The notes under the pieces: generated by a model
Told to the model about the DNA's origin: nothing
Databases searched by the model: none
The model's input: only the letters and a program-made list of their open reading frames with translations
Assembly: GCA_045534635.1 (NCBI GenBank)
Contig: JAZSKB010000044.1
Coordinates: 235,455-267,454, forward strand
DNA length: 32,000 bases
Direction: 5' to 3'
From: Bacteroidales bacterium
GTDB lineage: Bacteria > Bacteroidota > Bacteroidia > Bacteroidales > WCHB1-69
Shown: piece after piece, positions 10,156 through 17,654 of the stretch
How the letters are laid out: every line of letters starts with the position of its first letter
How positions within the stretch are numbered: the first letter of the stretch is position 1
Made by a program: the position numbers and the translations under genes

Positions 10156-10674
10156 ATGACAAAAAAAGTTTTATTATTATTATGTTTGGGATTATTTCTT
10201 ATAAGTTGTTCTAATTCAACAGATGAACAAAAAAAACAAATATCTCAATTGGAAAAGAAGAATTACGAAACCGCAGATACCAATTCTGCAAGAGAATTAA
10301 TGAATGCATATCTGCAATATGCTAACGAATTTCCACAAGATAGTTTAACACCCGAATATCTATTACGAGCAGCAAGTGTAACCATGAAACTGGGTAATGG
10401 TGCACAAGCAATAGATATTTTTGATAGAATAATTAATCAATATCCAAGTTTTAGCAAATTGCCTGAAGTCTATTATTATCGTGCCTATACTTTTGAAGGC
10501 GTTTTGTACGATATAGCAGCAGCAGAAGAGGCTTACAAAGATTTTATCAATCGTTACCCAGAAAGCGATTTAGCAGTAGATGCTCAATTATCTATCAAAT
10601 ATTTAGGAATGTCTCCCGAGGAAATTATCGCCTCATTTGAGACAAACAATACAACAGAAGACACTTTAAAATAA
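10156..10674 (+). CDS. TPR-like lipoprotein (YbgF-like fold)
   Basis: The start was moved to the ATG at 10156, giving MTKKVLLLLCLGLFLISC with a lipobox Cys. The track start at 10096 lies inside def. TPR-like helices are present (PEVYYYRAYTFEGVLYDIAAAEEAYKDFINRYPES). Confidence 0.7.
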   Translation: MTKKVLLLLCLGLFLISCSNSTDEQKKQISQLEKKNYETADTNSARELMNAYLQYANEFPQDSLTPEYLLRAASVTMKLGNGAQAIDIFDRIINQYPSFSKLPEVYYYRAYTFEGVLYDIAAAEEAYKDFINRYPESDLAVDAQLSIKYLGMSPEEIIASFETNNTTEDTLK

Positions 10675-10680
10675 TTCATT

Positions 10681-11436
10681 TTGAATATTTTTGACAATAT
10701 CAAGTTCATTCACAAATCGATTCCTATGGCTATTAGTATAGGAACTTTTGATGGTGTGCATATTGCTCATCAAAAAATATTGCATCAACTAATAACGGAA
10801 GCCCAAACTATAAAAGGACAATCCCTTGTTATTTCCTTTTATCAACATCCTCGTACTATTATTTATCCTAATACAAATATTGATTTGTTGACTTCTACTG
10901 AAGAAAAAAATGCCCTATTTCTAAAACATCGTATAGACAATATTCTCTATCTCAATTTTAATGAACAATTGGCTAATTTGTCGTACAAAGATTTTTTTCT
11001 GTATCTACAAAATCACATCAATATCAAATCAATAATTATGGGATATAATCACAATTTTGGCAAAAATAAAGAAGGAAATATTGATAATTTGTCTCAAATT
11101 TCAAACAATATAAAGATTATTAAAATAAAACAACAAAATTCAATAAACGAAGCAATTAGTTCTTCTTCAATACGACATAAATTACTCAATGGAAACATTC
11201 GAGAAGCAAATCAAATGTTAGGAAGAGCTTATAGTTTAGATGTAGCATTAACATCTTCAACAAACAATCCTCAATTTGAACCAATAGACAAAAACAAAAT
11301 TGTTCCGCAAGGAAAAGATAAATATTATATTCTTATAAATGGGCAAGAAGCATCTGCTCAAATAAAAGAAAATCAAATCTTTGTAACAACTCCATTTAAC
11401 AAAGCAAACCATTATAACATAACATTTATTTCATAA
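10681..11436 (+). CDS. ribF: RibF-like FAD synthetase (FMN adenylyltransferase domain intact, riboflavin-kinase domain short and degenerate)
   Basis: GTFDGVHIAHQKIL (nucleotidyltransferase HxGH-type motif) and SSSSIRHKLLNGNIREANQMLGRAY mark the FADS domain and linker. Only about 68 aa follow, without the G..GR..G.PTAN motif. TTG start. Confidence 0.7.
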   Translation: MNIFDNIKFIHKSIPMAISIGTFDGVHIAHQKILHQLITEAQTIKGQSLVISFYQHPRTIIYPNTNIDLLTSTEEKNALFLKHRIDNILYLNFNEQLANLSYKDFFLYLQNHINIKSIIMGYNHNFGKNKEGNIDNLSQISNNIKIIKIKQQNSINEAISSSSIRHKLLNGNIREANQMLGRAYSLDVALTSSTNNPQFEPIDKNKIVPQGKDKYYILINGQEASAQIKENQIFVTTPFNKANHYNITFIS

Positions 11437-11448
11437 AAAAGTAAAATT

Positions 11449-12591
11449 ATGATAGAAAAAGATCCTTTTATAAATATTCGCCCGTACAATGATGAAGAAT
11501 TGCCTTACGTTATCAATCGAATATTATGCAATCCAAATTTTATTGCATCTTTGTCTAACTTTATACCAGATATACCATTAAATATATTGGTAAAACGAAT
11601 TCGAAAAATGCGAACTATTAATGAAATTCAACGTGAAGTTTTTTTAAAAATATGTTCGACTTTTCAAGAACGTAGTATCGACCATCTTACCATTAGCGGT
11701 TTCGACAAACTTGATAAAAACAAAGGGTATTTATATGTGGCAAATCACAGAGACATTACTATGGATTCTGCTATTTTGCAAATATTTCTTATGTCCAACA
11801 ATCATCCTTCATGCTTAAGTGGCATCGGAAATAATCTATTATCTTCACAAATACTTACCGATATTGCAAAGGTATGCAATATGTTTACAATCACAAGAAA
11901 TGGTAATGCCCGCCAAATGGTAACAGCCTCTCGTTTAGTTTCTGAATATATTCGTAAAAATGTGTGCGAAGAAAATCGAAGCGTTTGGATAGCACAACGA
12001 AATGGTCGTACCAAAGATGGATTGGATAAAACTCAACAAAGTGTTTTAAAAATGCTTTGTGCAAGCAAAAGAAATACAGATATTTACACTGCTATTCGTG
12101 AACTAAATATTGTTCCATTGACTATTTCTTACGAATTTGAACCTTGCGACCAAATGAAGGCTCGTGAATTAATCTTAACTGAAAAAAATAAAAAATACGT
12201 AAAAACTCCTGACGAAGATTTCAAAAGTATTACTACTGGTATTTTTGCATACAAAAGCCGTGTTCATCTCCAATTTGGTGATGTTATCAACGACCAAATT
12301 GATGAAAGTTTACCATTTTCTTGTGACAACGAAAAATTACAATACATTTGTTCTCTCATAGATAAACAAATGTATAAAAATTACAAACTTTGGCCAAACA
12401 ATCATATTGCCTACGATATATTGTACAATACTTCTGAATTTCAAAATTATTATTCAGATTTATCCAAACGAGATTTCAATCAACATATTAGAAAACAGGC
12501 AAATATAGATGATGTTAGTTATTTCAAAATGAAACAAAAGTTATTGAGCATTTATGCCAATCCTGTAAAAGCATTTTTGGATAACAAATAA
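11449..12591 (+). CDS. Lysophospholipid/glycerol-phosphate acyltransferase family protein (PlsC-like)
   Basis: HX4D acyltransferase motif in VANHRDITMDSA, and a downstream IAQRNGRTKDG block typical of the family. Substrate unknown. Confidence 0.65.
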   Translation: MIEKDPFINIRPYNDEELPYVINRILCNPNFIASLSNFIPDIPLNILVKRIRKMRTINEIQREVFLKICSTFQERSIDHLTISGFDKLDKNKGYLYVANHRDITMDSAILQIFLMSNNHPSCLSGIGNNLLSSQILTDIAKVCNMFTITRNGNARQMVTASRLVSEYIRKNVCEENRSVWIAQRNGRTKDGLDKTQQSVLKMLCASKRNTDIYTAIRELNIVPLTISYEFEPCDQMKARELILTEKNKKYVKTPDEDFKSITTGIFAYKSRVHLQFGDVINDQIDESLPFSCDNEKLQYICSLIDKQMYKNYKLWPNNHIAYDILYNTSEFQNYYSDLSKRDFNQHIRKQANIDDVSYFKMKQKLLSIYANPVKAFLDNK

Positions 12592-12609
12592 TACTTTATT
12601 CATAATAAT

Positions 12610-12696
12610 GGAGAGATGCCAGAGTGGTCGATTGGGACGGTCTCGAAAACCGTTGTTCGCTTTTGTGAACCCAGGGTTCGAATCCCTGTCTCTCCG
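12610..12696 (+). tRNA. tRNA-Ser (anticodon CGA), class II with long variable arm
   Basis: Folded by hand. Acceptor GGAGAGA/TCTCTCC and D stem CCA/TGG. Anticodon stem ACGGT/ACCGT with loop CTCGAAA. Variable arm stem GTTC/GAAC. T arm CAGGG-TTCGAAT-CCCTG. Discriminator G. CCA is not encoded. Confidence 0.93.
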
Positions 12697-12724
12697 CATT
12701 ATAATTATAAAAAAATAACCTACT

Positions 12725-13300
12725 ATGCACATTGGATTATACTTTGGCTCATTCAATCCCATTCACAATGGACATACTGCAATAGCATTATATATGCTTG
12801 AACATTATGATTTTGAACAGATTTGGATTATTGTCACTCCTAATAGTCCTTTTAAATCAAAAGAAGAACTTATCGACGAAAACATTCGTTTACAAATGGT
12901 AAAATTAGCTACAGAAGAATACCCAGATATTATCGCTTCTGACTTTGAATTTGACTTACCTCGCCCATCTTACACCTATATGACGCTTCGTAAACTTAGA
13001 ATGCTTTACTATGAAGACAAATTCTCGATTATCATGGGTAGTGACAATGTAAATGATTTAGAACATTGGAAAAAATCCACAGAAATCATTCGGAATCATA
13101 AAATTTACATCTATCCAAGAAAAGAAAATATCTCTAAATTGCCAACAGACAACTTTATTTATACTGACGCTCCTATTTATGATATTTCATCAACGGAGAT
13201 TAGAAACAAAGTAAAAAAAAGAAAAGATGTCAGTTCTCTTGTACATAAAAAAGTATTAGAAATCATCATCGAAAATGAATTATATCAAGAATATTTCTAA
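12725..13300 (+). CDS. nadD: Nicotinate-nucleotide adenylyltransferase
   Basis: GLYFGSFNPIHNGH (the (T/H)xGH motif), SYTYMTL, and C-terminal ISSTEIR (the ISSTxxR motif). Length 191 aa. Confidence 0.9.
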   Translation: MHIGLYFGSFNPIHNGHTAIALYMLEHYDFEQIWIIVTPNSPFKSKEELIDENIRLQMVKLATEEYPDIIASDFEFDLPRPSYTYMTLRKLRMLYYEDKFSIIMGSDNVNDLEHWKKSTEIIRNHKIYIYPRKENISKLPTDNFIYTDAPIYDISSTEIRNKVKKRKDVSSLVHKKVLEIIIENELYQEYF

Positions 13301-13417
13301 AAAAATCCAACTATTTCACATTGTAGATTTACAACAAATCCAACTTACTTAGATAATATTTTTTCAACAAATGTAAATCAATTGGAATAAAAATATTTTT
13401 CATATTTGTTTTTTTTA

Positions 13418-13425
13418 TACTTTTG
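13418..13425 (+). promoter_or_regulatory. Bacteroidota -7 box (TAnnTTTG)
   Basis: TACTTTTG lies 27 nt upstream of the ATG at 13452. Motif match only. Confidence 0.5.
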
Positions 13426-13451
13426 TAGCCGATTAATTAAATAAGTATAAA

Positions 13452-14864
13452 ATGAAAAACAAATACATTGATTTAATTCAACAGACTTACGAATTCCCTC
13501 AAGAAGAATTCACAGTAGAAGACGGCAATTTATTCTTCAATGACATCAACTTAATGGAAATCATCAAACAATATGGAACTCCATTAAAGATAACATATTT
13601 ACCCAAAATAAGTCAAAATATTCAAAAAGCAAAACGTTGGTTTAATGTTGCTATGGCGAAAGCAGATTATCAAGGTGATTATCATTATTGTTATTGTACC
13701 AAAAGTTCCCACTTCTCTTTTATATTAGAAGAAGTATTAAAAAATGATGTTCACATTGAAACTTCTTCTGCATTTGATTTCAACATTATAGAAGCATTAT
13801 CAGAACAAGGATTGTTTGAAAAAGACAATTTTATAATATGTAATGGATTCAAAAAGAGCCAATATTTAGAAAATATTGTTGAATTTATCAATAAAGGATT
13901 TGTAAATACAATTCCTGTTTTAGACAATATGATGGAATTTGACCAACTTAATTCTATTTTAGATAGCAAATGTAAGTTAGGTATTCGTATTGCTTCCGAA
14001 GAAGAACCTCGTTTTGAGTTTTACACCTCACGTTTAGGTATTAGATACAATGACATTCTTCCATTTTATGAAGAAAAAATAAAAAACAACCCAAAATTTG
14101 AACTAAAAATGTTACACATGTTCATCAATACGGGTATTGAAGACACGGCATATTATTGGAATGAATTATCAAAATCTGTCAATGTATATTGTGAATTGAA
14201 AAAAATTGCCCCAGAATTGGACTCTCTAAATATCGGAGGAGGATTTCCTATAAAAAGATCATTATCATTTAATTACGATTATGAATACATGGCTGAAGAA
14301 ATTATTTCCCAAATAAAATTAACATGTAACCGCAACGGAGTGGAAGAACCACACATATTTACCGAATTTGGTTCGTTTACTGTTGGCGAATCTGGTGCAG
14401 TTCTTTATTCTATTTTGAACCAAAAGAAACAAAATGATAGAGAGTTGTGGAATATGATTGATAGTTCATTTATGACTACCATTCCAGATGCTTGGGCTAT
14501 AAATCAAATATTTATCCCTTTGGCTATCAACAATTGGGATAAAGAATACGAAAGAGTATTTTTGGGAGGATTAACTTGTGATAGTCAAGACTATTACAAT
14601 TCAGAATCTAATCTTAATGCTATTTTCTTACCTAAAATTACATATAACGAAATTCCTCAATATATAGGCTTATTTCATACTGGTGCTTATCAAGAATCTA
14701 TTGGTGGTTATGGTGGAATCCAACATTGTTTGATACCAGCACCCAAACACGTGATTATTGATAGAGAATACGAAAATGCAGAAGACGACGAAGGAGAAAT
14801 TGTAACTAAACTTTTTGCAAAAGAACAAAGTTACAAATCAATGTTAAAAACACTTGGATATTAA
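13452..14864 (+). CDS. Fold-type III PLP-dependent decarboxylase, short-form arginine decarboxylase-like
   Basis: Candidate PLP Lys in YCYCTKSS, NIGGGFPI (the GGG phosphate loop), and GGLTCDSQDYY (substrate Cys/Asp loop). N-terminus and length (470 aa) resemble the short arginine decarboxylases annotated in Flavobacteriia/Bacteroidia. Substrate not proven. Confidence 0.65.
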   Translation: MKNKYIDLIQQTYEFPQEEFTVEDGNLFFNDINLMEIIKQYGTPLKITYLPKISQNIQKAKRWFNVAMAKADYQGDYHYCYCTKSSHFSFILEEVLKNDVHIETSSAFDFNIIEALSEQGLFEKDNFIICNGFKKSQYLENIVEFINKGFVNTIPVLDNMMEFDQLNSILDSKCKLGIRIASEEEPRFEFYTSRLGIRYNDILPFYEEKIKNNPKFELKMLHMFINTGIEDTAYYWNELSKSVNVYCELKKIAPELDSLNIGGGFPIKRSLSFNYDYEYMAEEIISQIKLTCNRNGVEEPHIFTEFGSFTVGESGAVLYSILNQKKQNDRELWNMIDSSFMTTIPDAWAINQIFIPLAINNWDKEYERVFLGGLTCDSQDYYNSESNLNAIFLPKITYNEIPQYIGLFHTGAYQESIGGYGGIQHCLIPAPKHVIIDREYENAEDDEGEIVTKLFAKEQSYKSMLKTLGY

Positions 14865-14867
14865 CTT

Positions 14868-16064
14868 ATGCAAACAATAAAAGAAATCTTTAGAATTGGC
14901 AACGGTCCTTCAAGTAGTCATACTATAGGTCCTAAAAAAGCAGCAAAAATCTTTGCCTCCAAACACCCTACTGCATTTGCTTTTAGAGTTACGCTCTACG
15001 GCAGTTTGGCAGCAACTGGCAAAGGACACCTTACTGATGTTGCCATATTAAAAGAATTATCCCCTATTGCTCCTACTGAAATTGTTTGGCAACCTGAAAC
15101 GATATTACCCTTTCATCCAAATGGAATGCTTTTTGAAGCATTAAATACTGACAATCAAATTATTGAAAAGTGGACAGTATTTAGCGTTGGTGGTGGGGCT
15201 TTGGTTTATGACAATATGGAAGAAGCAACAATACAACATATATATCCACTTAAAACTTTAACCGATATATTAAAATGGTGCAAAAAAACAGGTCGTTCTT
15301 ATTGGGAATATGTCGCAGAACATGAAGACAAAGATATATGGGATTATTTGCACGAAGTTTGGGTTGTAATGCAAGAAGCGGTTGTAAGAGGATTAGAAAC
15401 AGAAGGTATGCTTCCCGGGGATTTATGTATCAGACGCAAAGCACCTGAATATTACATTAAAGCAATGGGATACACTGATAATTTACGTACAAGAAGCCTT
15501 GTTTTTGCTTACGCATTGGCATGTTCTGAAGAAAATGCAAGTGGTGGTAAAATTGTAACTGCCCCTACTTGTGGTTCTTGTGGTGTATTGGCTTCTGTTT
15601 TATATCATCTTAGCAAAGGACATTCCTTTTCCGAACAACGAATTTTAAAAGCATTAGCAACTGCTGGTTTGATTGGTAATATTGTAAAACACAATGCCTC
15701 TATTTCTGGTGCCGAAGTTGGATGTCAAGGGGAAATTGGCGTTGCTTGTGCTATGGCTGCCTCTGCTGCTAACCAATTATTTGGTGGTAGCCCTTCACAA
15801 ATAGAATACGCCGCTGAAATGGGATTAGAACATCATCTTGGGCTTACTTGTGACCCTGTTTGTGGATTGGTACAAATTCCTTGTATTGAACGTAATGCTT
15901 ACGCCGCCGCTCGGGCTTTAGATGCTAATATTTATGCTACATTGACAGACGGAAGGCATTTAGTCTCTTTTGATAAAGTGGTTGCTGCTATGAAACAAAC
16001 TGGTCACGACCTTCCTTATTTATACAAAGAAACATCTGCTGGGGGGTTAGCCACTTATTTTTAG
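14868..16064 (+). CDS. sdaA: L-serine ammonia-lyase, iron-sulfur dependent, fused beta-alpha form
   Basis: GNGPSSSHTIGP at the N-terminus. Fe-S Cys ligand regions are APTCGSCG and CDPVCGLVQIPCIERNA. Length 398 aa. Confidence 0.9.
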   Translation: MQTIKEIFRIGNGPSSSHTIGPKKAAKIFASKHPTAFAFRVTLYGSLAATGKGHLTDVAILKELSPIAPTEIVWQPETILPFHPNGMLFEALNTDNQIIEKWTVFSVGGGALVYDNMEEATIQHIYPLKTLTDILKWCKKTGRSYWEYVAEHEDKDIWDYLHEVWVVMQEAVVRGLETEGMLPGDLCIRRKAPEYYIKAMGYTDNLRTRSLVFAYALACSEENASGGKIVTAPTCGSCGVLASVLYHLSKGHSFSEQRILKALATAGLIGNIVKHNASISGAEVGCQGEIGVACAMAASAANQLFGGSPSQIEYAAEMGLEHHLGLTCDPVCGLVQIPCIERNAYAAARALDANIYATLTDGRHLVSFDKVVAAMKQTGHDLPYLYKETSAGGLATYF

Positions 16065-16092
16065 TATTGAAAAATATACATTTGTTATAATA

Positions 16093-16126
16093 AAAATGCA
16101 AATAAACAATTGTTTATTTGCATTTT
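16093..16126. terminator. Perfect 34-nt palindrome, probable bidirectional intrinsic terminator between convergent genes
   Basis: AAAATGCAAATAAAC-AATT-GTTTATTTGCATTTT forms a 15-bp stem with a 4-nt loop. It is followed by a TTTTTT run at 16131-16136 on the plus strand and by T-rich sequence on the minus strand. It lies 29 nt after the sdaA stop. Confidence 0.7.
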
Positions 16127-16191
16127 ATCTTTTTTGCATTGCAAACGTTTACTTTTTGTCTTGCAGATACTACATCATTTTCCAACAAAAA

Positions 16192-17262
16192 CTACTTTGC
16201 ATCTCGAACAAGGCGGACAGATTGACCATAAAAGCGATAGTAAAAACTTGATGAACTAACATTACTCAAATTAAAGTATAAGCTGTACGCATTACAATTA
16301 TCATACGAAGAAGACCAATAATAACCATTGGCAACGACATTACTAACTGAAGCCACATTCCGTGAGCCAGCCGCAGGCAAAAAAACGGCTCCTGCGTTTT
16401 CTAATGTTGTCCAAATAGCGGGTGTTATTGAATTGGCATAATATTCAGCAAATATATTATTGGGATTATTCAAAGTATAAGTAGAAGTATTCCAATTATC
16501 AGGAAGTATTATCAAACCTGGAATATCATATACAGTCACTTTGGCATAACGTATGCCTGATGTTGTATTACGAACATCTAATAGATATGCCCACTCTTCA
16601 CTTGTTAGAGTACGCCATCTTCCTGGAACATCGGTTGTATTGCTCTTGGGATTATAAATAGCATTGTAACGTCCCCAATCATAATTTGTTCCTGAAATAT
16701 TATTTTCTCCATCGCCATAATCAGAATTATTATCACTTGTCATATATGGGTATTTTCCATTGTATCCACTTGTTCCCCAACCAAATAAATCTATCCAACC
16801 ACTATAACTTGAGGAAATATTTTGGTTATTTTTTCCAATTATATCCCACTGATTAGGAGCAAAACGCCATGTACCTGCGGCTGTTCCACCTCCTGCTACC
16901 GTATGAGTTGTTGCACTACTTCCTCCACCTGTTGCACTCCACTGCAAATTACCAGGAGAAAAAACAACTTTTTTATCTTTTGCAACGGAAAACCAATACG
17001 CTTTTTCAAACGTTGCTGTGTAGGTTGCATTCGCTTCTACTACAATACTACGAGGATTTTCAGTGTTTTTATCTTGCCACGATACAAATGTATATCCATC
17101 CTTGGCTATCGCTTCTATAGGTATTGTTGTTCCTTTGGCGTATGTTCCGCTACCACTAACACTTCCCCATTCCGCATTGTTTGATTTAACCGTAATAGTA
17201 AACTCTTTCTTGCAAGAGGTAAACACTAACAAAGTTGCTAATATAAAAAACAGTTTCTTCAT
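16192..17262 (-). CDS. Lipoprotein with an N-terminal Listeria-Bacteroides (InlB B-repeat-like) domain and a FISUMP/DUF1566-like C-terminus
   Basis: Start set at the ATG at 17262, giving MKKLFFILATLLVFTSC (lipobox). TITVKSNNAEWGSVSGSGTYAKGTTIPIEAIAKDGYTFVSWQ fits the GY.F.GW repeat domain. The C-terminus GYYWSSS...YGQSVRLVRD resembles the end of FISUMP-type lipoproteins. Confidence 0.7.
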   Translation of the reverse strand: MKKLFFILATLLVFTSCKKEFTITVKSNNAEWGSVSGSGTYAKGTTIPIEAIAKDGYTFVSWQDKNTENPRSIVVEANATYTATFEKAYWFSVAKDKKVVFSPGNLQWSATGGGSSATTHTVAGGGTAAGTWRFAPNQWDIIGKNNQNISSSYSGWIDLFGWGTSGYNGKYPYMTSDNNSDYGDGENNISGTNYDWGRYNAIYNPKSNTTDVPGRWRTLTSEEWAYLLDVRNTTSGIRYAKVTVYDIPGLIILPDNWNTSTYTLNNPNNIFAEYYANSITPAIWTTLENAGAVFLPAAGSRNVASVSNVVANGYYWSSSYDNCNAYSLYFNLSNVSSSSFYYRFYGQSVRLVRDAK

Positions 17263-17326
17263 ATTTTTTCTACCAGTTATATCCCATCGGCTCTTCGGTT
17301 TTTTAATTATTATTTTTTTACTTTTG

Positions 17327-17334
17327 CAAAGGTA
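17327..17334 (-). promoter_or_regulatory. Bacteroidota -7 box (TAnnTTTG) for the lipoprotein gene
   Basis: The plus strand reads CAAAGGTA, which is TACCTTTG on the minus strand. It lies 65 nt upstream of the ATG at 17262. This supports the short gene model. Confidence 0.5.
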
Positions 17335-17617
17335 TATATTTTTTGAATACAAACCTTTATTTTTGAAAATTTTTTTTTCTTTGTTCAAAATCAGGAGATT
17401 CGGAGATTGAACCGTTCTGCTGGATTTGCAAATCCGCCTGAACAAGGTGTATTCAACAAGTTCAGACACCCAACCTAAGGAATGATACGCAAAAAAAATA
17501 TAAAAGCGACAATATTACCAAGGATATTACAAAATGTTGCTAAACCTGACAAAACATTTTTCACAAATAAACATAACACACAAACAATCAACAATATATC
17601 ATTTCAAAAAAAAATAT

Positions 17618-17625
17618 TATCTTTG
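17618..17625 (+). promoter_or_regulatory. Bacteroidota -7 box (TAnnTTTG) for the S8 peptidase gene
   Basis: TATCTTTG lies 30 nt upstream of the ATG at 17655. Motif match only. Confidence 0.5.
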
Positions 17626-17654
17626 TATTTTATTAACTTAATATCACTATTACA

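Noticed and set aside
12541-12801. ORFs 12541..12762 (-) and 12616..12801 (+).
   Set aside because: Both run through the tRNA-Ser gene and into neighbouring real genes. They are artefacts of the open tRNA sequence.
16822-17410. Three plus-strand ORFs (16822..17184, 16869..17120, 17063..17410), one strikingly Cys-rich.
   Set aside because: All are antisense to, or overlap, the well-supported lipoprotein gene. The Cys/Thr/Ser richness mirrors its Gly/Ser/Thr/Ala-rich coding strand. No start context or promoter is present.
17263-17469. 69-codon N-terminal extension of the minus-strand lipoprotein ORF (track 16192..17469).
   Set aside because: A canonical lipobox signal peptide starts at the ATG at 17262, and a minus-strand TAnnTTTG box sits at 17327-17334 inside the extension. 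The extension is Lys/Ile/Asn-rich and runs through the structured GC-rich island.
17392-17480. tRNA-Cys (GCA) gene or pseudogene on the minus strand.
   Set aside because: GGATTTGCAAATCC is an even palindrome, so it cannot give a 5-bp stem with a 7-nt loop. The T-arm-like GGTTCAATC has only a 3-bp stem. No acceptor or D arm could be drawn on either strand. It is kept only as a possible decayed remnant or sRNA in the findings.
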